Part shown: in pieces, positions 49,326-57,023 of the stretch | Layout: the number at the start of each line of letters is the position of its first letter | How positions within the stretch are numbered: position 1 is the first letter of the stretch | Source: Corallochytrium limacisporum Hawaii | Lineage: Eukaryota > Protista > Pluriformea | Direction of reading: 5' to 3' | Length of the DNA stretch: 57,023 bases | Assembly: GCA_002811645.1 (NCBI GenBank) | Contig: PDIP01000031.1 | Span: 143,497 to 200,519, forward strand | Program-made: the position numbers and the translations under genes | The notes under the pieces: model-generated | Database searches by the model: none | Told to the model about the DNA's origin: nothing | What the model saw: the letters and a program-made list of their open reading frames with translations, nothing else

Positions 49326-50540
49326 ATGTTGTCTCGGAGAATCCTTAGCTCGACTCTGTCTCGGCAGAATGGGCAGACCCGTTCCCAGGTTATGCGAGTG
49401 GCTGGTTATGCCACCCAGAAGGACCATGGCTCGAACGCTGACAACGCTTCCGCGATCAAATTTGAATTTATGGTGCCTTTCGAAACTCATCTGCTGCCAG
49501 AAGGTGACGGTCCGAAGCAGGAGGCCTACGCAACCCGTGACGAGTTGTTGCAGTACTACAAGGAGATGATGCGGGTTCGTCGTATGGAAACTGCAGCTGG
49601 TGATCTTTACAAGACCAAGTTTGTTCGCGGTTTCTGCCACTTGTACAGTGGCCAAGAGGCTGTTTGCGTTGGTATGGAGGCGGCCATTAACAAGCAGGAC
49701 TCTATCATTACATCGTACAGAGCGCATGGTTTCACATTGATGCGCGGTGCTGCCGTAGAAGGCGTCCTCTCCGAACTAACTGGGCGCACTACTGGTGTCA
49801 GTCTCGGTAAGGGTGGCAGTATGCATATGTACGCCAACGAATTTTACGGAGGGAACGGTATCGTTGGTGCTCAGGTGCCCCTCGGAGCTGGAGTTGCCTT
49901 TGCCCACAATTACCGCAAGACCGACCAAGTCTGCATTTCCATGTACGGCGACGGTGCTGCCAACCAGGGACAGGTCTTTGAGTCCTTCAATATGGCGAAG
50001 CTGTGGAACCTGCCCTGCATCTTCCTCTGTGAGAACAACAAGTACGGTATGGGAACCTCCATCGAGCGGTCCTCCGCCTCCATTGACTACTACAAGCGCG
50101 GTGACTACATCCCCGGTTTGAAGATCAATGGTATGGATGTTCTGGCTGTCCGTGAAGGTATTCGTTGGGCCAAGAAGTATGCTGGTATTGACAAGCGCGG
50201 TCCTCTCGTCCTCGAAGTTGAGACTTACCGCTACGGTGGCCATTCCATGAGCGACCCTGGCACCTCGTACCGTACCCGCGACGAGGTCAAGAAGATGCGT
50301 GAAACTATGGACCCTATCAATCAGACGAAGGAACGTCTCCTGGAGAACAATCTGGCTACTGCAGAGGAACTTAAGGAGATTGACAAGGCGATCAAGGCTG
50401 AGGTTGACGACGCCGTCAAAAAGGCCAAGGATGCACCTGAGCCGGATCTCGAAGAGACCTACACACACATTATCAAGGGTGAGCAGTATCCCGTGAGGGG
50501 TTGTGATCCCTTTACCATTGTCACTCCTCGTGTCACCTAA
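49326..50540 (+). CDS. PDHA1: Pyruvate dehydrogenase E1 alpha subunit, mitochondrial
   Basis: Presequence MLSRRILSS, RGFCHLYSGQEA, GKGGSMHMY, TPP motif YGDGAANQGQ, phospho-loop YGGHSMSDPGTSY. Confidence 0.98.
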   Translation: MLSRRILSSTLSRQNGQTRSQVMRVAGYATQKDHGSNADNASAIKFEFMVPFETHLLPEGDGPKQEAYATRDELLQYYKEMMRVRRMETAAGDLYKTKFVRGFCHLYSGQEAVCVGMEAAINKQDSIITSYRAHGFTLMRGAAVEGVLSELTGRTTGVSLGKGGSMHMYANEFYGGNGIVGAQVPLGAGVAFAHNYRKTDQVCISMYGDGAANQGQVFESFNMAKLWNLPCIFLCENNKYGMGTSIERSSASIDYYKRGDYIPGLKINGMDVLAVREGIRWAKKYAGIDKRGPLVLEVETYRYGGHSMSDPGTSYRTRDEVKKMRETMDPINQTKERLLENNLATAEELKEIDKAIKAEVDDAVKKAKDAPEPDLEETYTHIIKGEQYPVRGCDPFTIVTPRVT

Positions 50541-50807
50541 AAATCGTGTAATTGACATGTTTACAGTGCTCCTGGTCTCTAACACCACTGAACTTTCGGG
50601 AAGCCAAAGCACACAAGTAAGATAAGAACATAGACGCCATGTGATAATTTTCGTTTATCTTGACATTACAACAATACATAAGGACACGCTTCAAAAGCGT
50701 GACAATAAGTTACCTTGTTACGTTTGCTTTAAGTCATGCTTTCTGTCAGCCTTTGCAGAACAAACACTCCTTTGAGAAGCCCAGGTGGACGAAGTCATGT
50801 CCCAGGT

Positions 50808-51908
50808 TTACTGGTCGTCCTGGTCGTCGTTCATGGTGTCGAAGAGGTAGTTTGCAGCAAGCTCCTCGTTCTTGTCACAAATCAGGTAGGCCTCTGCTGC
50901 TCGGGCACGGTCAAAGCCAAGGGCTTCAAGCCGCTGGATTGCAGCCATTTCTTCTGGCGTGACCTGAATGGCACGGCGCTGGGGCATGCCACGTCCAGGA
51001 TTGTTGAGGATGTCCAAGAACTCTTCCTGGTTCTGGTTGATCAACAGCAAAAGATCGGGATTGACCTGGCCCAGATTCAGCATCAAGTCTTCCAGGTGTT
51101 CTGGGCTCTGTTGAATGATGGCACGGAGCTGCATAATCTGTGGTGATCCTCGCAAAAAGGACAAGGCACCAGAATGCTGAGCGGCACCTTCAGTGCCGCT
51201 CGCACCCCCTGTTGCCTCAGCAGTATCAGGAGCAGCTGGTTGAGTATCTGTTTCCATTGTCTCACCTCCAGCAGTCGCAGCTGCTGCCTGTGCGTCTCCT
51301 CTAGGAGCAGTAGGGGCGGAGTCTTCAGCGCCTCCTTCTTCAACCATCATCTCTTCGGGTATTCCATTCATTAAGTAATCTACTGCCCGGTCAGGGTTAC
51401 CGAACGCAGCCTGCAGAGCACGAATGCACTGTTCGCGGGGAAACCCCATGGCTATTAAAGATTCAATATGCTGCTCAAAATTTTCAAACATTCCCCCACT
51501 GGAGGCTTGTGCTGGTGCTGGTGCAGCATCTGCGGCAGCCGCGGCGCCAGCAGACGCGCCAGCAGACTTTGGTGGCTCCGCAGCAGAAGTAGCCTTCTCT
51601 TCTGCTGGCTTGAGTGCTTCAACACTTTCCGCTTTCGCTGACCCGCTGCTTTCTTCAGCAGAGGACTTCTTCGCTTTGCCTCGAGCGAGCATGATGATAA
51701 ACTCCGCACCATCTTCAATCTTGTATTCAGACAAAGGGAGTTCATCTTTCAAGACTTTACCCGCGTGTAGGAGCTTCTGTCTTTCCACTTCAAATCCCTT
51801 GACTTCCTCAATCTTCTTTTTCAGGTCAGCTACAGTAAGACCATCGCTGTCAACAGAGACCTCGAAGGTCTGTTGCTTAAGATCTTTGAATTTGTAAGTT
51901 TGCGGCAT
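50808..51908 (-). CDS. RAD23: UV excision repair / proteasome shuttle RAD23
   Basis: UBL (RQKLLHAGKVL), UBA1 (MGFPRE...NPDRAVDYL), XPC-binding STI1 region and UBA2 (LGFDR...KNEELAANYL). The first ATG is at 51908. Confidence 0.97.
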   Translation of the reverse strand: MPQTYKFKDLKQQTFEVSVDSDGLTVADLKKKIEEVKGFEVERQKLLHAGKVLKDELPLSEYKIEDGAEFIIMLARGKAKKSSAEESSGSAKAESVEALKPAEEKATSAAEPPKSAGASAGAAAAADAAPAPAQASSGGMFENFEQHIESLIAMGFPREQCIRALQAAFGNPDRAVDYLMNGIPEEMMVEEGGAEDSAPTAPRGDAQAAAATAGGETMETDTQPAAPDTAEATGGASGTEGAAQHSGALSFLRGSPQIMQLRAIIQQSPEHLEDLMLNLGQVNPDLLLLINQNQEEFLDILNNPGRGMPQRRAIQVTPEEMAAIQRLEALGFDRARAAEAYLICDKNEELAANYLFDTMNDDQDDQ

Positions 51909-51929
51909 GTTCAAAGTAGTCCCGCACCG

Positions 51930-52133
51930 CTACAAGCTAACCATGGTTGTCTAGTTAGCAAAACGTATGTGTGCGACAGTTTGTTCTCAAATAGGTTCTA
52001 AACTGTGTTGCATGTTGTCATTGAATATTGTACAGAGAATGAACGGAGGGGAAGACTATGACAACCGCACAAGTCAGTGAGAGTTATTTTGGCTCCTGCG
52101 TCAGCGGTGACAAAGTCCTCGATTGGTACTAAC
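51930..52133 (-). other. Putative 5'-UTR intron of RAD23
   Basis: Minus strand: CAG|GTTAGT donor at 52133, TGCTAAC branch (A at 51955), acceptor TTGTAG at 51930 (or GTTAG at 51937), 22 nt before the ATG. Confidence 0.55.
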
Positions 52134-53681
52134 CTGGTGCCCATGTTCGCTGTTGTGCTCTACCGTGGTGGGGGAGCTCACAAAATGCGCTTCCAAACGA
52201 GCTAACATTCCAATGGCCTAGTACTCTGGGTATTGGGTACAGAAAATGCTGGAACCACCCCCTCCCTTTGTCCCAAACCCCGGGAAGATTCACTAGTACC
52301 CGCTTGGTTGTGGACCTCAACCCTAGTACAGCGTCTAGAAGATTTGGCTGATGGAGGCGATTGCATTGGACCGCGCAAGAGACCAAAGAATACGTGAGTC
52401 TATTCAATCCATTGGTCATGACATACAATGGCTGTGAAAAGAGATTGGCACTGCCAAATCGATTCATGCATGCAAAGGACATCTAAAGCAGAATTTTCAC
52501 CAAGGGACAGGTGTTTTCGTCTCACTAGCGCTTCAAGAATACATTTTCAAGTTAAATTCATGAATATGAGCATCATATAATTCTGAATTTACGCGTCCAT
52601 TGAATATCGATCGCGGTGTATCCATATGTTGAAAAGATTTGCAAACTACGAGCTTTGGAACCCGTGGCAGAAGGCCGCTATGGAGTATATCTCGAAGCAT
52701 GTTCTCCTACAAATGTTTTAAATAATGTGTATAGCATATTGATAATATTTAGTCAAATGGTGTATTCAATTGACCATTAAGTAATACTCGAATATTCAAT
52801 AGTGCAGAATTTCGTGGCATCGTCAAGGTAATTGAGGTCAGTTGTGCACTCAAGATCCATCTAGAATACCCTTTAGGTTGCAGTGTATGTTGTATTTTGC
52901 GTATCTCGCATTATGTATATATGGGTTTAAGTAGTGACCACGTCCTAATAATTCGTGAGCAGTGGCGATTTAGATTGGAGAGTGAGTGCCTGTACATCTA
53001 GAATTCTGTGTGATACACATATCTTGGAGGGAAACAATGCCTTGCGAACAAAAAATGAAGAAAGAATGGTTTCCTCGGGTAGCAGAGGCTGTTATTGGTG
53101 AATACAATCACGAGAATTAACTCAGAGGTCATCTGCAAGTATTTCTTTACCAGGACATATGGCCCCTCCATTCTGCCGGATTCGATTGTTCTGGTACAAT
53201 ATAGTAAACGGGCTATTCTCGCCCTGCCCTGACTCTTACCAAGCCAAAGGGAGCAGGATGATATCTCGAGACGTTCGGTCTCACTACTGACCAAACGATG
53301 ATACCTAAATTGAAAGAAAAATGACAAAAGGCTGGCAGATATATGGAACTGTCAGCGGCCGCAGGTAGTATTGGTCCTGTTGGCAAGACAGTAGTACATG
53401 TATGTAGGAAGGCGGGGAGGAATGGAGCTGAAGAGGCCACTCTTCGTCCTTGCAAATTACTGTTTGTCCATGAGACTACTGGTACAAAGGTATGAAACTA
53501 CCAGGATCACGCAGGGACATAGTACTGTTTAACAGCTGAGTGTGAAATAATGATTGAATTCGCTTGAACCTTTCTATAAACAGAGAAATATGTAAGAATC
53601 AGTGGGCTGCGACTCTGTATGTTTTTAAGATAATTTCCAGGTGGATCTTGTTCCAGCAAGCGATTAGCTGATCCTACTACC

Positions 53682-55598
53682 ATGACGGATAGAAAAGCAG
53701 CATGTGCGGACGAAGCACAACGAGGAGATAAAGGGTCGGAAAAGTCTGTGGAGGCCGACGGTGCGCTTACCTGCCCAATTTGCCAGTTTCGAATTGTTGA
53801 AGCCTTTGTTACACACTGCGGACATAGTTTCTGCTTTCTCTGTATTTCAAAGTATCTTGAGAATCACAACAAATGCCCCATGTGTAAAGCAGGTCTGAGT
53901 CGGGAACAAATATTTCCCAACTTTGCCTTAGAAAAGGTTTTGAAAAAATCTGAGGTTCTAGAGGTTGGAGAAGGCAAACTGTTGGCTAAGTATATCATGA
54001 AGACTTTGGGGAAATCTAGTGAATGGAGCCTTGCCGATTTTCAGCAATTGAGACAGGTTCTGGAAGCCAAGGAGAAGGATTTGCTTTGGAACTCAGAGCA
54101 AACATCCATGGAATTGCTGGACCAATTCTTGGACAAGGTCAAAGCTGTGAAAGAAAGTCGAATTGCCACGCTGCAGAGCGAACTGGCGATGGTCAAGGAG
54201 GACATGGCTCTCGCTGATAGACTGAAAAACAAGTACCAGACTGCTACCTCAGTGGTACGAGATTCAGACAGGGAAGGACGACCGGCAGCCGCAACGTCAG
54301 GTTCACAAGAGAAAAGTGAAGAACGATGCTCAATACCTGTACCTGCCAATGGTGGAGATTCTGAGGACGTCGATGAGCGGTCATCAAAGCGATTCAAAGC
54401 ATCAAGGTCTTCTGCTGTTGACCCTGCTGTACCGACTGGGAACAGTGAAGAAGCAGCCACGCTTCGGACAAGTCATCGGAATATGCTTGCATCCCGTAGG
54501 CAGCGCATTGACAACCATTTCGACGAGTTGGAACGAGTCTATTTTGCACAGAGGGCTCAGAAGTTGATTTGTGGGGCTGAACCGCTAGAAGCTTTGGACA
54601 TGTTCCGCTACAACTTGTCTACCTTTACCAATTTCAGCACCTTCAGAACCTTGACTACCATGAAGAATGCCGATTTGCACAACAATAATCCAATCATCAG
54701 TAGCATTGAATTCGATGCCGATGAAGAATTCTTTGCCACTTCTGGTGTCTCCAAAAAAATTAAGATCTTTGATTACGCCAGTGTCCTCACTGATGTCAAT
54801 TTCCCGATCATGAAAATGGACAGTAGCAGTAAGATCAGTTGTCTGAGTTGGAACTCTTACATCAAAGGACAGATTGCATCTAGCGATTATGAGGGCATCG
54901 TCACAATCTGGGATGCTCACCTGGGTAAGGAAATTTACCGCTTCGATGAACACGACAAACGGGTATGGAGTGTTGATTTTTCGCCAACAGATCCTACTCG
55001 CCTTGCAAGTGGAAGCGATGACACTAAGGTGAAGATCTGGTCGACAAGTTTTGGACGGAGCGTAATGACTATCCCATCTCAAGCCAATGTATGCTCTGTG
55101 GAATTCAGTCCAGTGTCGTCATACCATGTGGCGTTCGGAAGTGCTGATCATCATGTGCACTACTATGACCTTCGTAACACAAGGAAACCACTTAATCTCT
55201 TCAAGGGGCATAGTAAGGCTGTGAGCTATGTGAAGTTTTTGGAACCAAACAAGCTGATTAGTGCCTCGACAGACTCGACCCTTCGCATGTGGGACACTGA
55301 CAGTCTCGAATTCGTCCGCTGTTTCGAAGGTCACTTAAACGAGAAGAACTTCGTTGGCCTGACTTGCAACGATGATTATATCGCCTGTGGATCAGAGAAC
55401 AACAGCATCTTCTGTTACCATAAGGAGTTTACAAAACCCATTGTGGGCCATAAGTTTGGCACCGTCAACGCAATTACCGGAGAAGAAACTCACGAGGAGA
55501 CAGGACAGTTTGTATCTAGTGTCTGTTGGCGAAAACGCTCCAATGTCTTGTTAGCTGCGAACAGCCAAGGTACTATCAAGGTCCTGCAACTCGAGTAG
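53682..55598 (+). CDS. COP1: E3 ubiquitin ligase COP1 (RFWD2)
   Basis: RING (CPIC...CGHSFC..C...CPMC), coiled coil, and WD40 repeats with COP1 signatures (SSIEFD, EHDKRVWSVDFS, GHSKAVSYVKF, NEKNFVGL, AANSQGTIKVLQL). Confidence 0.97.
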   Translation: MTDRKAACADEAQRGDKGSEKSVEADGALTCPICQFRIVEAFVTHCGHSFCFLCISKYLENHNKCPMCKAGLSREQIFPNFALEKVLKKSEVLEVGEGKLLAKYIMKTLGKSSEWSLADFQQLRQVLEAKEKDLLWNSEQTSMELLDQFLDKVKAVKESRIATLQSELAMVKEDMALADRLKNKYQTATSVVRDSDREGRPAAATSGSQEKSEERCSIPVPANGGDSEDVDERSSKRFKASRSSAVDPAVPTGNSEEAATLRTSHRNMLASRRQRIDNHFDELERVYFAQRAQKLICGAEPLEALDMFRYNLSTFTNFSTFRTLTTMKNADLHNNNPIISSIEFDADEEFFATSGVSKKIKIFDYASVLTDVNFPIMKMDSSSKISCLSWNSYIKGQIASSDYEGIVTIWDAHLGKEIYRFDEHDKRVWSVDFSPTDPTRLASGSDDTKVKIWSTSFGRSVMTIPSQANVCSVEFSPVSSYHVAFGSADHHVHYYDLRNTRKPLNLFKGHSKAVSYVKFLEPNKLISASTDSTLRMWDTDSLEFVRCFEGHLNEKNFVGLTCNDDYIACGSENNSIFCYHKEFTKPIVGHKFGTVNAITGEETHEETGQFVSSVCWRKRSNVLLAANSQGTIKVLQLE

Positions 55599-55696
55599 TT
55601 TCACACCTCCAGATGTCTGGCGATTATCTGCACCATAAAATTACTATCACTTCTACACTGGTCCGTCCATTGATTTACGTTGTCTTTAATCTTGAG

Positions 55697-56536
55697 CTAA
55701 TTCTGCTTCTGCCTCTGTCGTTCCTCCTCGAAATGCTCGTCTTCTTGTTTCACGTTCTCCTTTTTCTCTCCCATGAGGGTCTCCTGAGCACCACTCTCCG
55801 CAGCGTCCCTTTCAGCGGTCTTCTTTCTATCGTCAGCCTCCACTTCACCGCTTTCAGGCTCTGCCTCCGCAGTCTCAGCTTCCTTCCTTATCTGTTGCTT
55901 CTCCTTACGTTCCTCATTAATCTCACGTGCCTTTTCTACGGCTTTGGTGTACTCGCCAGCCCTAGCAGCATCAATGGCTTCCTTAAATTGACCCTTCTCC
56001 AAGAAACCTATGCTTATCAGCCAATTGCGGACAGGTGGAGTTATCACCACTGCAAGTGCAAAGCGCAATGGTGACAGGATCTTGTACGCTGCATAAGCAA
56101 CCACGAAGTTACCTCCATCTCCACTCAACCATCCGTCTGTAGGGAATCCAAGGCTGGCAATGAGAGCTTTCATGTCAAAGCCAGCCTTAATCATAGCGTA
56201 TAGACCGCCCAAGAATAAGACATCGATGGTGATGTATGTGCCAATTCCCACGGTTCCGTATTCACGGAAGAACTTGCGCACCCGTCCTTCTTCTTTTATC
56301 ACTGTTTGCGCCGGAGCTTGTTTCTCCTCAACTTCTTGTTTATCTCTGCCTGTCTCATAATGCCGCAGCCATGAAGACCAAATGGTGGCCTGCCCGTAGG
56401 GTTTGCTAAGCATTCGTCGGGTCACATTCCGAAGTCCAGTGGTTGTCGATGTATGCGTGAAGGTCCGCCTGAGCAGTCCAGCTGCTGTTGGGTATGAACG
56501 AAACACCTGGCGGTGCAAGCGCAGAAACACCGACAT
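55697..56536 (-). CDS. FAM210 / DUF1279 mitochondrial membrane protein
   Basis: Presequence-like start MSVFLRLHRQ (aacATG), FFREYG..G..Y, FVVAYAAYKILSPLRF, and a charged coiled-coil tail. The ORF extension upstream to 56749 is probably not translated. Confidence 0.88.
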   Translation of the reverse strand: MSVFLRLHRQVFRSYPTAAGLLRRTFTHTSTTTGLRNVTRRMLSKPYGQATIWSSWLRHYETGRDKQEVEEKQAPAQTVIKEEGRVRKFFREYGTVGIGTYITIDVLFLGGLYAMIKAGFDMKALIASLGFPTDGWLSGDGGNFVVAYAAYKILSPLRFALAVVITPPVRNWLISIGFLEKGQFKEAIDAARAGEYTKAVEKAREINEERKEKQQIRKEAETAEAEPESGEVEADDRKKTAERDAAESGAQETLMGEKKENVKQEDEHFEEERQRQKQN

Positions 56537-57023
56537 GTTGGTGCTGAAAACCTCTCTATTTAGTTTCCAGGTCACGAGATCTGAATAATGCGGTTGTCCA
56601 TTCTTTCTGCTCTGCCACTTGGTTTCCTGTACGAGTTCAAGCATCTTTGACAATTGTACAGCAATTATAACCTTTAAGTATGTATTAGAGAGCTTTGCTT
56701 GCCAGATATTCACCCGGTCATACTTGCGGCCTGTCGCACATCTTGGCACAAATTAATGGACTCGTTTTGACGTTTCACACAATGCAAAGAATTCAGCGGG
56801 TTGACGTGGCCCACCTACATATTGGGCTTTGTTTTCCGGGCTTAGACTACGTGGGGTTTCGTCCACATGCGCAACGGTCCCCAGCCGATTCTCGCAAAGT
56901 CTTTTTCAATCCAAACTGCCTGGCTACAACTTGTTGGAGAGGAGTTGGAAACACGACCACCCGGTTCTAAGCACACTGAGAGAAGATTACCCGGTCCCCC
57001 GGCCCCTCCCGGGGGGGGGTTGG

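Noticed and set aside
52553-52591. Imperfect AT-rich hairpin (TAAATTCA...TGAATTTA) between RAD23 and COP1
   Set aside because: It is short, bulged and AT-rich, with no target-site duplication or second copy, so it is not supportable as a MITE or ncRNA.
56537-56749. 71-codon in-frame extension upstream of FAM210
   Set aside because: The Met at 56536 has the good context and begins the presequence-like segment, while the extension has no targeting features.
56976-57000. GAGAAGATTA, resembling the U6 snRNA ACAGAGAAGAUUAGC region
   Set aside because: The ACAGAGA box and AGC triad are both broken, and there is no U6 5' stem or ISL.

Overview
A gene-dense eukaryotic nuclear window with about 20 protein-coding genes: 18 recognisable and 2 orphans. 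They are MBF1, an FBXW4-like F-box/WD40 protein, a DRAM/TMEM150 membrane protein, ALG14, a Kin1/MARK-like kinase, an MLK-type MAP3K, UBE2T, VPS13, UTP13/TBL3, tRNA isopentenyltransferase, a YchF-type ATPase, an amino-acid transporter, Tweety, UBL5/Hub1, PDHA1, RAD23, COP1, FAM210 and the two orphans. I could find only one coding intron (in ALG14), and the 11.5-kb VPS13 is a single ORF. An MLK-type kinase, COP1 and Tweety together with extreme intron poverty suggest an intron-poor unicellular holozoan; Corallochytrium-like is a guess, not a determination. I found no tRNA, rRNA, transposon, viral or CRISPR feature, and no multi-gene novel system that I can support. The best leads are: (1) an MLK with a rearranged architecture, carrying a roughly 840-aa N-terminal arm with endocytic DPF/NPF motifs and an Ena/VASP-like F-actin-binding motif, plus tandem SH3 domains; (2) an orphan ending in an Akirin-like SYIS proteasome-docking tail and carrying a KEN box; (3) an apparently compensated frameshift in a conserved UBE2T loop; (4) a divergent Hub1 lacking His63; (5) a distal branch point in the only coding intron; (6) a recurrent CT-C(n)-G(n) element in intergenic regions. 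All calls come from reading motifs by eye; no searches were run.
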